Source of the DNA: a virus
Lineage: Duplodnaviria > Caudoviricetes
DNA: 28,614 nucleotides
Virus record (IMG/VR): IMGVR_UViG_3300037863_000046
Span: 1-28,614 of that record
Strand: one strand, 5' to 3'
Below the pieces are notes generated by a model that searched no databases, was not told the DNA's origin, and saw nothing but the letters and a program-made list of their open reading frames with translations. The position numbers were made by a program, and so were the translations under genes. Below, in pieces: positions 1 to 10,352 of this stretch (positions within the stretch are counted from its first letter, which is position 1; every line of letters begins with the position of its first letter).

Positions 1-259
1 CTAAGTGAAATGATGACTGAGATCTAAGCCACCAACCGGTAAGCGTCTGCTCACCAGGCTCGCGTGTGGTATCTAACTGGTTCTTACGGTACTGCGCTGT
101 CTGCCTGCGATAAGGTGTAAGGTCATCGGTGAGTAGGAAGAAGGGTTGACCTGCAATAGAGACATCGTAGGCTACGCCAGTAGATTGATAGGTCTGATTG
201 TTGATTGGATTGCCAATCGTGGTAACAATCGGTTCCGTAATATTTGACCCATATGCCAT
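1..259 (-). CDS. Virion structural protein, N-terminal part (runs off the left edge; probable tail protein)
   Basis: Not in the ORF track. ATG at 259 with AAGGAG RBS at 265-270; open frame MAYGSNITEPIVTTIGNP...PYRRQTAQYRKNQLDTTREPGEQTLTGWWLRSQSSFHL to the window edge. Function inferred from position in the tail module. Confidence 0.7.
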   Translation of the reverse strand, partial: MAYGSNITEPIVTTIGNPINNQTYQSTGVAYDVSIAGQPFFLLTDDLTPYRRQTAQYRKNQLDTTREPGEQTLTGWWLRSQSSFHL

Positions 260-391
260 TACTGCTCCTTAAATGGTAATAACTTCGATTTTTGTATTAG
301 GAATTATGCCGTCCAGCCGTTAGGCGATTTGAGTGCGTCCACTTAAAATAGTAGTACAATACCAGTAATACCAAACCTAAAGGAGAATCAT

Positions 392-718
392 ATGAGTATA
401 TGGGATAACCCAGAATTTAATGGTACAAAGAAATACGTAAACTTTGATGTTCCAGGAGATTCAATATCTGGAACAGTAATTGGACTTGGAGTCCAAAATT
501 GGAGCGATGGCACTGTTGCTCCAAGAATTGAACTTGCAACTGATGCTGGCGAACAAACTATTACTGCTGGTCAGATTAGATTAAAAATTGCATTAACAGA
601 AAAAAGACCAGAAATAGGAGATTATCTTTCTATTACTCTTACCCAAATAGAAAACAGAGGAAATGGAAAAACTCTTAAACACTTTGATGTTGTTGTAAAC
701 AAACAATTTATTTCTTAA
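392..718 (+). CDS. Hypothetical protein, possible OB-fold ssDNA-binding-like protein
   Basis: 108 aa, AAGGAG RBS at ~379-384; beta-strand-rich pattern (FDVPGDSISGTV...IGDYLSITLT...GKTLKHFDV) reminiscent of phage SSB-like OB folds. Confidence 0.45.
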   Translation: MSIWDNPEFNGTKKYVNFDVPGDSISGTVIGLGVQNWSDGTVAPRIELATDAGEQTITAGQIRLKIALTEKRPEIGDYLSITLTQIENRGNGKTLKHFDVVVNKQFIS

Positions 719-723
719 AAGCT

Positions 724-1554
724 ATGAATAAAACTTTCTTTTTTATGGCTGGGCTTCCACGCTCAGGCAGTACCCTACTTTCAGCCATTCTTAATCAAAA
801 CCCTGACATCTATGTCACACCTTCGGCAGATACCAGTTTCTTAATGCTGTCATTATTTAAGACATCGCAGGCTTCAGAGTCTTATCATTCAGGCTTTGCA
901 CCTGAAGGCTATCGCAACATTATGGCAAGATTGCCTGAAGCGTTTTATGAACACATTGATAAGCCTTATATCATTGACAAAAACCGTAACTGGGGAACAC
1001 CTGAAAATATAGAAGTAGCAGAACTCTTTGCTGAAAATGTAAGAATCATTGCACCTGTTAGACCAATTCTTGAAATTTTAACATCTTTTGTTAATTTGGC
1101 TGAAAAGAACCCTGACAACTTTATTGACAAGTTTGTGTGTGATTATCCTGTCAGCCAGTTCAGACCAAAGAACGACGCTCGGTGCGATGCAATGATGGCG
1201 GCAAATCACCATATCGAATCTAACATTTTATCAATAGCATCATCACTTGACCCACGCCATAAGGGTAAATTTCATTTTGTTGCTTACTCTGATTTAGTTT
1301 TTAAGCCTAAAAAAGTAATTGACGCTATTTATGAATTTCTTGAAATACCTAAATTTGAACATAAATTTGAAAACTTAAAATGGGATTTAATGCCAAATGA
1401 AGCAGAGGTGTATGGAATACCTGATCTGCACAAAGTTCGCCCCACAATAAATCAAAGCAAGACCAATACTTCTGTGTTGTCAAAGTATGTTAAACAAAAG
1501 TATGGTCACGCTTTAGACTTTATTTTTCCCAATGGGATTAAAAATTTTGTTTAG
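724..1554 (+). CDS. Sulfotransferase family protein (PAPS-dependent, P-loop-like fold)
   Basis: N-terminal GLPRSGSTLL 5'-PSB motif, IIDKNRNW, R-x7-S (RPILEILTS) 3'-PB motif, YSDL...IYEFL segment typical of Sulfotransfer_3-like proteins. Confidence 0.88.
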   Translation: MNKTFFFMAGLPRSGSTLLSAILNQNPDIYVTPSADTSFLMLSLFKTSQASESYHSGFAPEGYRNIMARLPEAFYEHIDKPYIIDKNRNWGTPENIEVAELFAENVRIIAPVRPILEILTSFVNLAEKNPDNFIDKFVCDYPVSQFRPKNDARCDAMMAANHHIESNILSIASSLDPRHKGKFHFVAYSDLVFKPKKVIDAIYEFLEIPKFEHKFENLKWDLMPNEAEVYGIPDLHKVRPTINQSKTNTSVLSKYVKQKYGHALDFIFPNGIKNFV

Positions 1555-1868
1555 CCTTGAATTACTGCCAGAATTGCCTGTGATTTGCGCATTTCCAAAG
1601 TCTCTGTGCGAATTGATTTTACGCAATCGTCGGCGGTCCATAGGTCGGACAGTAATTTGACATCTGCCAAGTCCTCAATTTTGCCAATAGTTGCGTGCTT
1701 ATCGGTTGCGCCTTTGTATTGAGCAAGGTGAGCAGGGTATTGTGTCGGAAGGTTTGCAAGCATTTGTGTGTATAAAGTGATGTTTGCTTGATACTGAGCA
1801 ACCTCTGCAACTCGTGCTTCAAGCGGAGTTAGTTTTACTGTTAGCGGTTCTTGTGGTGCTGTTGTCAT
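1551..1868 (-). CDS. Hypothetical protein (helical; tail-module associated)
   Basis: 105 aa ORF with AAGGA RBS, directly downstream of the propeller gene; converges on the sulfotransferase stop. Confidence 0.6.
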   Translation of the reverse strand: MTTAPQEPLTVKLTPLEARVAEVAQYQANITLYTQMLANLPTQYPAHLAQYKGATDKHATIGKIEDLADVKLLSDLWTADDCVKSIRTETLEMRKSQAILAVIQG

Positions 1869-1892
1869 ATTTTTTCCTTTGTTAGTTGTGAG

Positions 1893-2897
1893 TTAAATAA
1901 ATGCAACGCTAAAACCAATACCAGCAGGTAAGGTTGCAGGGTTGGCGTACTTTGTACCAAAGCCTGCAGACCAAGGGTAGGTTGAAATAAATGGTGTGGC
2001 GTAGTGTGCGACGGCAATGGCAGTCCCTGCTGGGTTAAAGGCAACGCCATAACTATTACCAATAGGCAAGGTTGCAGGGTTTGCATACTTTGTGCCAAAA
2101 CCAGCAGACCAAGGGTAGGTGGAAATAAACGGTGTGGTCACGTGTGCAACGGCGATAGCCGTACCTGCTGGGTTAAACGCTACGGTGCGACCAGTACCAG
2201 TAGGCAAAGTGGCAGGGTTGGCATACTTCGTACCGAAGCCTGCAGACCAAGGGTAGGTTGAAATTTTTGGTGTGGTTGCGTGTCCGACGGCAATTGCAGT
2301 ACCTGCTGGGTTGAAGGCCACCCCGCTACCTTGACCAATAGGCAAGGTTACAGGGTTTGCATACTTAGTACCAAAACCAGCAGACCAAGGGTAGGTTGAA
2401 ATAAATGGTGTGGTCGCGTGTGCAACGGCGATATCAGTCCCTGCTGGGTTGAAGGCCACCGCGCCACCTTGATCAGTAGGCAAGGTTGCAGGGTTTGCAT
2501 ACTTTGTACCAAACCCTGCAGACCAAGGGTAAGTGGAGATAAACGGTGTGGTGTAGTGTGCAACGGCGATAGCCGTACCTGCTGGGTTGAAGGCTACACC
2601 GCGACTATCAGTAGGCACGGTTGTAGGGTTTGCATACTTTGTGCCAAAACCAGCAGACCAAGGGTAGGTTGAAATAAATGGTGTGGTGTAGTGTGCGACG
2701 GCGATGGCAGTACCTGCTGGGTTAAACGCTACGGCGCGACCAGTATCAGGAGGCAGGGTTGCAGGGTTTGCATACTTAGTACCAAAACCAGCAGACCAAG
2801 GGTAGGTGGAAATAAACGGTGTGGTACGGTGTGTAACGGCGATTGCCGGCGCCAAGGCAACCCTAAACGCGCTTGCAATAATTCCAAGTATAGGCAT
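1893..2897 (-). CDS. Seven-bladed beta-propeller repeat protein, putative receptor-binding/tail-tip adhesin
   Basis: Seven 43-44 aa repeats (AIAVAHxTTPFISTYPWSAGFGTKYANPATLPxxxGxxVAFNPAGT) with WD40/YVTN-like VAFNPxG turns; short N-terminal MPILGIIASA leader. Confidence 0.8.
   Translation of the reverse strand: MPILGIIASAFRVALAPAIAVTHRTTPFISTYPWSAGFGTKYANPATLPPDTGRAVAFNPAGTAIAVAHYTTPFISTYPWSAGFGTKYANPTTVPTDSRGVAFNPAGTAIAVAHYTTPFISTYPWSAGFGTKYANPATLPTDQGGAVAFNPAGTDIAVAHATTPFISTYPWSAGFGTKYANPVTLPIGQGSGVAFNPAGTAIAVGHATTPKISTYPWSAGFGTKYANPATLPTGTGRTVAFNPAGTAIAVAHVTTPFISTYPWSAGFGTKYANPATLPIGNSYGVAFNPAGTAIAVAHYATPFISTYPWSAGFGTKYANPATLPAGIGFSVAFI
1896..2845 (-). repeat. ~132-bp intragenic tandem repeat, 7 copies
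   Basis: Recurring + strand block 'gcagaccaagggtagg' / 'ctgctgggtt' at ~132-bp spacing; one unit is 129 bp. Confidence 0.95.
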
Positions 2898-3286
2898 TAG
2901 GCGATGTCTCCAATTACTAAAAATGTATTAGATGCTGTGCAAATAACTGTTGCTGCTGAGTATCGTGCTCGGCATTTAGGTGCTGTTGCAGTAGCTCCAG
3001 TTGAGTTAATTGTAACACCTGCTCCTTGAGCAAAGGTTACTTGACCCGCGCCAATTTGAGCAATGTTAATAGCATCATTAGCACTAAATACTGATGGAGG
3101 AATTGTTAAGGTAATAGCACTTGCATTATTTAATGTGACTAAATCATTTAAGTCACCAGCAACTAATGTATAAGTTGTTCCAGTTTGTGCATTGATTGCT
3201 AGAACTGAACTACTAGAGCCCGTAGGACCCGTAGGACCAGTAGGTCCCGTAGGACCTACGACTACACCAATTAAAGATATTGACAT
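2897..3286 (-). CDS. Short tail-fibre-like protein (4 GPT triplets + C-terminal beta domain)
   Basis: [13 protein letters not shown] followed by NAQTGTTYTLVAGD...QIGAG...IGDIA domain, paralogous to the C-terminus of 3612..4532. Confidence 0.7.
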   Translation of the reverse strand: MSISLIGVVVGPTGPTGPTGPTGSSSSVLAINAQTGTTYTLVAGDLNDLVTLNNASAITLTIPPSVFSANDAINIAQIGAGQVTFAQGAGVTINSTGATATAPKCRARYSAATVICTASNTFLVIGDIA

Positions 3287-3612
3287 TATGCTATCTCCGA
3301 TCCAAATGCGCTAAATGCGCAATCATCATTTGTGGAACTTACTGTTATTACATCTGTTGCTTCTAACGTTATACCGGAAGTATAGGTAAAAGTAACCTTT
3401 GGATCAAGAAACAAACCATTAACTAAGTATTGTTTTGCTTCTATTGCTGCTCCCGCCTTGCGAATTGCAATACTAACTGTTGAATCATTTGTTCCTGTAT
3501 TTACTATATTTATTGTAGAAATAATAGTATTGGTTACTAAAGGGACTGTATATAAAGTACCTGATGTACTTGCTGGAAGTAATTGTCCTAACACTTTGTA
3601 AGTAGTTGCCAT
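3286..3612 (-). CDS. Small beta-rich tail-associated protein (start re-called at 3612)
   Basis: MATTYKVLGQLLPASTSGTLYTVP...SAFGSEIA; ATG at 3612 overlaps the upstream TAA (TAATG coupling), so the track start at 3657 is probably too long. Confidence 0.7.
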   Translation of the reverse strand: MATTYKVLGQLLPASTSGTLYTVPLVTNTIISTINIVNTGTNDSTVSIAIRKAGAAIEAKQYLVNGLFLDPKVTFTYTSGITLEATDVITVSSTNDDCAFSAFGSEIA

Positions 3613-4532
3613 TATGATAGATCTCCAATTACTGTAAAGTTGTTGCTTGATGTGCAAATAATTGTGCAGGCGCTGTGTTGAGCGCGTAGATTAGGGGCAG
3701 TTTCAGTTGCACCAGTTGAAGTAAGTACACTAGTTCCATTATTTCTAATCTGAACTATTCCAGCTCCTATGCTTTGCAAGTTAATCTGCTGACCTGCAGT
3801 AAAGATTCCACTAGGAACAGTTACCGTTACAGTAGCGGCGTTACTTGCTGTAACCAATTTGTTTGCATCGGCTGCAACAAGAGTATAGGTAGTACCAGTC
3901 TGTGCATTAAAGGCAAGGTTAACTACTGGAGCAGTTAAGGTTTTGTTAGTTAAAGTTTGAGTACCAGTAAGGGTAACTGCGTTTGCATCAGTACCAAAGT
4001 AGGCAAGTGCTGCCCAAGTAGCAGCGCCAGTTCCAATCTTAAACTTACCTGTATCTGTCTCAAAGCCTAGTTCACCAGAGGCAAGTGTTGGGTTAATAGA
4101 TGTCCAGTTAGTTGATGTATCTCTGCGTACTTGAATCTGTGTAGATATTGCAGAGGCACTTCCACCAGATATAGTTGGCGTATTGCCCGGTGTAGTTGTT
4201 GACTGAATTGCTTGGTTAAAATAGTTAAGGTCATCACTAGATAGTACGTGGCGCACTGTGGCACCTGCTGCGTGTACTACGCCAGCAGTTCCTGCCTCTG
4301 CTCTATCAATAGTAAGTACATCACCTGATTGTACGGTGATATAGCAGACCTCTTCACTCGTTGTATCAGGATCTATTGCTACAGTAAAGATGTCGCCAGC
4401 AATAAGTGCAATACCACCTAACAAGGTTGTACCAGTACCTGTTGCTACCGTCATCGTAGTAGCAGTATCTGAGATACCACCTGCTGCTAACGTTGTATCA
4501 ATAGATACAGATGAGTACTTGCGAACTGTCAT
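3612..4532 (-). CDS. Tail fibre protein with Mtd_N/hyaluronidase-N-like domain
   Basis: IQVRRDTSTNWTSINPTLASGELGFETDTGKFKIGTG...WAALAY matches the major tropism determinant N-terminal motif; TLTGTQTLTNKTLT fibre repeat; C-terminal NAQTGTTYTL...IGDLS domain. Confidence 0.82.
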   Translation of the reverse strand: MTVRKYSSVSIDTTLAAGGISDTATTMTVATGTGTTLLGGIALIAGDIFTVAIDPDTTSEEVCYITVQSGDVLTIDRAEAGTAGVVHAAGATVRHVLSSDDLNYFNQAIQSTTTPGNTPTISGGSASAISTQIQVRRDTSTNWTSINPTLASGELGFETDTGKFKIGTGAATWAALAYFGTDANAVTLTGTQTLTNKTLTAPVVNLAFNAQTGTTYTLVAADANKLVTASNAATVTVTVPSGIFTAGQQINLQSIGAGIVQIRNNGTSVLTSTGATETAPNLRAQHSACTIICTSSNNFTVIGDLS

Positions 4533-4541
4533 ATTTTATCC

Positions 4542-5440
4542 TTATGTCGAGTAATGGATTCTTATTGGAAAACGGTCTTGTAGTTTTGTTGATTCTTCAT
4601 TAAGACGCTGTTGGTATAGCGCATATACATATTTAGATGCAGATGCTCCAGCAGTTGACGGCAGTTTAGTGTCGTTGATATCTGCCTCTGCAGATGAAAG
4701 GTTGATACGACCTGTATCAAGGTATGATAGAAGTCTTGCTGCAGCACCTAAAGTAACTACATCTCGTGATGACTCAGGTAGACCAGTAACAGTTGCAAAG
4801 TCATCGTTGGCGTTAGTCAAAGTATTTGGAATAGTTGAGTAGTAAACTTGTACTGTACGGCCTGGTATTATATTGTCATACAAACTAATAGTCCTTGTAG
4901 TGTTAAACGCTGAGGTATTAGCCATACGGTCAATACGCCATCTTCTAGATGGTAGCCACTCCTTAGACGGACCAGTAGTCTGCCAAGAGATAAACAATAC
5001 ATCGCGTGCATCATCTGGCAAGGGGTATGTAATCTGTGCTGCGTTAAATACAAAAGTAACTGACGATACCTGAAACAGTTTTGGATAAAAGGCATTGATC
5101 GTATCGTTGATAGCCTTCTTGACGTTGACCTTTGGAAAGGTTGGAGTCAAGGTAATCTGTGCGTTCTGTGCGTGAGGTGAAGGAGTAGTACCACCGTAGC
5201 CACGACCAAAGCCTGGGATAGTATTAAGAGTTAGGTTGTTCTTATCGAAGGTATTAATCCAGATAAGTTCATCATCAATTTCAATAATACCTTTAGCAAG
5301 GTTCTCAGAGTTACCAATAGAGATGTCTAAGGCAGTAGTGTTAATGCCACCAAGGTTGGTCAAGTAAGTAATGCGGTCTTGACGTAAGGTGTAACCAGAT
5401 AGGTTAGTTCTTACCTCATCAACTAATTGAGAGAACGTAC

Positions 5441-5444
<4 letters not shown>
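4542..5444 (-). CDS. Putative tail tubular/head-tail adaptor protein
   Basis: 300 aa; MSTFSQLVDEVR N-terminal helix, 'KKAINDTI', 'YPLPDD' and C-terminal helical segment typical of podoviral adaptor proteins; position in the virion module. Confidence 0.55.
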
Positions 5445-7505
<2,061 letters not shown>

Positions 7506-7509
<4 letters not shown>

Positions 7510-7805
7510 GACCGCACCTGCCGTAACGCTGCTGCAGGTTCTAATCCAACAGTGCTAGCAATTTGGTTACATACACCAGCAATGTCTAGGTAATTTACGC
7601 CTTGAGTATTACCAGCGATAAGATTAATAACTCCTACTAAGTCTGTTGTGCTACCAAGAACAACAGATGATACACCTGCCCAAACCTGTGCAGCACCTGC
7701 CTGATCTTTGTACGAAGAGTAAGGTGGGTACGTTGTACCACCGCCATTTGCTAAACGATTCAACTCATCGTTAAGTGTTGAACCGTCTTTACCGTATTGC
7801 GTCAC
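7506..7805 (-). CDS. Hypothetical virion-module protein
   Basis: 99 aa, GTG start with GGGAG RBS, overlaps next gene by 4 bp. Confidence 0.65.
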
Positions 7806-7814
7806 CTTGACTCC

Positions 7815-7976
7815 CTACTTCTTTTTAGATTTTTTAGCAGCGGCGTTATCTATTAGATTAGGATAAGGACGACCTGCTGCTTTTGCCCTTGCTTTAGCCG
7901 AAGCCTTTTGGCTTGGCGTCAATTTCTTTGATGTCTTGTTAGGATTTGGTTTATCCCAAAATGCTTTTTCTTTCAT
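7815..7976 (-). CDS. Small Lys/Ala-rich basic protein (53 aa)
   Basis: Not in track. MKEKAFWDKPNPNKTSKKLTPSQKASAKARAKAAGRPYPNLIDNAAAKKSKKK; ATG abuts an upstream TAA. Confidence 0.7.
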   Translation of the reverse strand: MKEKAFWDKPNPNKTSKKLTPSQKASAKARAKAAGRPYPNLIDNAAAKKSKKK

Positions 7977-7993
7977 TTACTTAATCTTCTTTT

Positions 7994-8116
7994 TCATTTT
8001 ACTTCGCTACCTTCTGCTGCTTCCGTACCTGCCTTGTAAACTAGGGCATCGGCCTTTGGAGAACCTGTCTCAATATCATCATATGTTGCGTATCCGCAAC
8101 CACAGGAAGCGCACAT
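7994..8116 (-). CDS. 40-aa peptide with N-terminal CxxCGC motif
   Basis: Not in track. MCASCGCGYATYDDIETGSPKADALVYKAGTEAAEGSEVK; TAATG-coupled to the upstream ORF. Confidence 0.6.
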   Translation of the reverse strand: MCASCGCGYATYDDIETGSPKADALVYKAGTEAAEGSEVK

Positions 8117-8280
8117 TACTTGCTCACCGTTTTCTTTCCTGCTGAAAACTTTGCTGTGTTACCTTTGTTAGCAGTTCCAGTTGAGATTGACATTGTTGAC
8201 GCTGGAATACCCTTGGTAGAACCAGGACCAAATCCTTTGTCATTTGTAGTACAAGCTGCATTGCCTATATCTTTTTTCAT
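8116..8280 (-). CDS. Small basic protein (54 aa)
   Basis: Not in track. AGGAG RBS; MKKDIGNAACTTNDKGFGPGSTKGIPASTMSISTGTANKGNTAKFSAGKKTVSK. Confidence 0.65.
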   Translation of the reverse strand: MKKDIGNAACTTNDKGFGPGSTKGIPASTMSISTGTANKGNTAKFSAGKKTVSK

Positions 8281-8288
8281 ATTTGCTC

Positions 8289-8591
8289 CTATTTTTTCTT
8301 TGGTTTGTTTCTAGTAGAGATTGCTGCAGCCTTGCTTTTAGCATCGGCTTTACTACTTGCTCCCCACGCCTGAAGCGATAGGAGTAATCTTGTTGGCTCA
8401 CCGTTAGGTTTGCGCTCAGGTCCTGCAGCACCACCCATACGTGCAAGGAAAGAGGCTCTGCGTGGGTTATCACCAGACTTAATTGGTGGCTTGAGGTTAG
8501 ATCCTGATGCCTTAGCGCTAGCACGTCCTTTAGCGTTAAGTCCACCTTTTGGGTTCTGACCTTCTTTTCTTTGCCAGGCTGGAGTTTTCAA
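8289..8591 (-). CDS. Basic phage protein, DUF6321-like
   Basis: AWQRKEGQNPKGGLNAKGRAS...RRASFLARMGG motif recalled from the DUF6321 family; TTG start. Confidence 0.65.
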   Translation of the reverse strand: MKTPAWQRKEGQNPKGGLNAKGRASAKASGSNLKPPIKSGDNPRRASFLARMGGAAGPERKPNGEPTRLLLSLQAWGASSKADAKSKAAAISTRNKPKKK

Positions 8592-8714
8592 TTACTTCTT
8601 CTTGTTCGTCTTCTTCATATCCGAATCCTTCATCATTTTGCCATTTGGCATCATATGTAATCCAGCCTTTTTTTCCTTCTTGTTCTTCTTGTTCTTTGAC
8701 ATTTTTTTATCCAT
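8592..8714 (-). CDS. Small Lys/Met-rich protein (40 aa)
   Basis: Not in track. AAGGAG RBS; MDKKMSKNKKNKKEKKAGLHMMPNGKMMKDSDMKKTNKKK. Confidence 0.65.
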   Translation of the reverse strand: MDKKMSKNKKNKKEKKAGLHMMPNGKMMKDSDMKKTNKKK

Positions 8715-8725
8715 TGTATTACTCC

Positions 8726-8998
8726 TTAGTTTTTTAGAGTTAAAGTTGTACCATCAAATGCTTTGCCTGCTTCTTGACTAATTCTTACCGCTGCATCAAT
8801 GTCAGGTTGTCTAGTTGAACGTGGTTCGATTCCCTGACGTATTGCGTCATAGTATGAACCAAGTTCTTTGTCGTGAGCCTTAGCAGTTGGTATGTTCCTG
8901 TTGTTTGCCACACCTGTGCTCAGTTCTAGTTCACCAATCTTGCAACCAAAGCAATCTTCTACATACTCGGGGTGCTTTTGTTTTCTATGTAAAGTCAT
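8726..8998 (-). CDS. Hypothetical protein with H-x4-H-x6-CxxC putative Zn site
   Basis: LHRKQKHPEYVEDCFGCK; abuts the upstream gene. Confidence 0.7.
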   Translation of the reverse strand: MTLHRKQKHPEYVEDCFGCKIGELELSTGVANNRNIPTAKAHDKELGSYYDAIRQGIEPRSTRQPDIDAAVRISQEAGKAFDGTTLTLKN

Positions 8999-9325
8999 TT
9001 ATACCACCGGTGTTACGTAATCGCCGTAACCTGCGTCTATAAGTATCTGGGCCTGTGCATCTGTAATCTCTTGAGTGTGACCACCAAGGATATAGAAGTC
9101 TGCATCAAACAAAGTATCTTGGTATGGATACAGCGTTGCTTCAACGCTAGTACCGCTTACTATTAAAGTAACACCACGAGCAATGTCTGTAATGAAAGGA
9201 TTAATAGGACCATCAAAGGTACCGCCAACGATTGCACGTGCTGCAATACGTGAGTACTTATCAGGCCAAGACTTGCCTGCGTTCCAAGTCTGATACTCCC
9301 AAGGAGTAGTTGCTATGTATGCCAT
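8999..9325 (-). CDS. Hypothetical virion protein downstream of capsid
   Basis: 108 aa, AAGGAG RBS. Confidence 0.7.
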   Translation of the reverse strand: MAYIATTPWEYQTWNAGKSWPDKYSRIAARAIVGGTFDGPINPFITDIARGVTLIVSGTSVEATLYPYQDTLFDADFYILGGHTQEITDAQAQILIDAGYGDYVTPVV

Positions 9326-9349
9326 TTTCTCTCCTTAGTTGATTTACCC

Positions 9350-9375
9350 AAAGGCAGGGAGTTTCCCCCCTGCCC
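9350..9375 (-). terminator. Intrinsic terminator-like hairpin after the major capsid gene
   Basis: Minus strand GGCAGGGGG-GAAA-CTCCCTGCC-TTT (GNRA loop, one G-U pair), ~20 nt after the capsid stop; short U-tract suggests leaky termination. Confidence 0.7.
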
Positions 9376-9395
9376 TAGAGTCAATGAACTATTGA

Positions 9396-10325
9396 TTATC
9401 CGTTTGTAGCTGCAGACTGAATCTGGTAGAGAGCTGATGTACGGAGTAGGTTGAAGCCACCAAAGTAGTACCAACCGATTGTGTGGAAACGACGGAGCGC
9501 ATCAATCTGGGGCCCGATAACTGTTGAGATATCTTGTCCCTGTGCCTCTGCTAGTGCTTCGCGTCCTGCGACAACGGCCTTGTAGACGTTGACTGATCCT
9601 GAGTTTGCAGCAAAAGGCACACGAGGTGTCTCTACTACAAAGGCTCCTTCAATTACGCCGACTGCGCCTGCCACGAATGGTGTGCGGTCTGTGTACTTTG
9701 AAAGCTCCTGGAATCCACCTGTACCAGTTTCAGCGCGAAGATCGGCTGTCTGACGTGGGTGTAGGTATGCTGCATATAGTTCGCCAATACGAGGCAAAGC
9801 CTTGTTTGTGCGAAGTTCTGTTACAGCCTCACGGATGCCAGAAACAGAGATCTTCATTGCTGAAGTGATTGTGTTTGTTGTTGTTGCTGTTCCTGCGTAG
9901 ATGATGTTAGTTCCTGAAGTAAGAACTGATGCTACAACTGAGTCAATAGAATCTGCAGCGTTGTATGCAATGATGTCAGCAAGTGCTGCATCTACATCGT
10001 TGAAAGAAGTTAAGTTTAACTTCTTAGTTGTTGTTACGGCTGAGCCGTACTCGTTTAGTGTTACTGTAACCTGGTTTGGGTTACCTAGAGCAATTGAAGA
10101 TACATCTGATGCTTCTGTCAATGTAGATGTTGCTTGCGCTAAATCTGAATAGATAGAGAACACAACTGATGAACCTGGCATTGCTTGCTGTACTGGCTTT
10201 ACGTCAGCAAGTGCTCGCATAACAGGGATTGAACGCAACGCCATACGGACGTATTGATCATAAGCTGTTTGTACGAGGTTGCTAATCGCAGAGGTACCAG
10301 TAAGTGTACCTGATGGAATTGCCAT
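9396..10325 (-). CDS. Major capsid protein (HK97 fold, N4-gp56-like)
   Basis: 309 aa; PGSSVVF, TLTE, VTVTLNEYG, YAAYLHP...DLR, G.VG.IEG..VVETPR, D.L.RF..IGWY motifs; follows a scaffold-like gene. Confidence 0.9.
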   Translation of the reverse strand: MAIPSGTLTGTSAISNLVQTAYDQYVRMALRSIPVMRALADVKPVQQAMPGSSVVFSIYSDLAQATSTLTEASDVSSIALGNPNQVTVTLNEYGSAVTTTKKLNLTSFNDVDAALADIIAYNAADSIDSVVASVLTSGTNIIYAGTATTTNTITSAMKISVSGIREAVTELRTNKALPRIGELYAAYLHPRQTADLRAETGTGGFQELSKYTDRTPFVAGAVGVIEGAFVVETPRVPFAANSGSVNVYKAVVAGREALAEAQGQDISTVIGPQIDALRRFHTIGWYYFGGFNLLRTSALYQIQSAATNG

Positions 10326-10352
10326 CTGATTAGTGCCTTTCGGTTAGTTGGG

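Noticed and set aside
1896-2845. Diversity-generating retroelement target or CRISPR-like array
   Set aside because: Repeats are in-frame coding units with no spacers. No reverse transcriptase or non-coding template repeat is in the window, and differences are not clearly adenine-specific. An RT elsewhere in the genome cannot be excluded.
2004-2900. Plus-strand Cys-rich repeated ORFs (MCDGNGSPCW...)
   Set aside because: Antisense shadows of the propeller repeats; no RBS.
3612-4532. Mtd_N domain as evidence of Bordetella BPP-1-type tropism switching
   Set aside because: Mtd_N is a widespread fibre module; no C-type lectin variable region is recognisable here.
7936-8737. Plus-strand track ORFs (7936..8145, 8120..8314, 8549..8737) and minus 8240..8545
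   Set aside because: Better explained as shadows of the small minus-strand ORFs that have RBSs and stop-start coupling.
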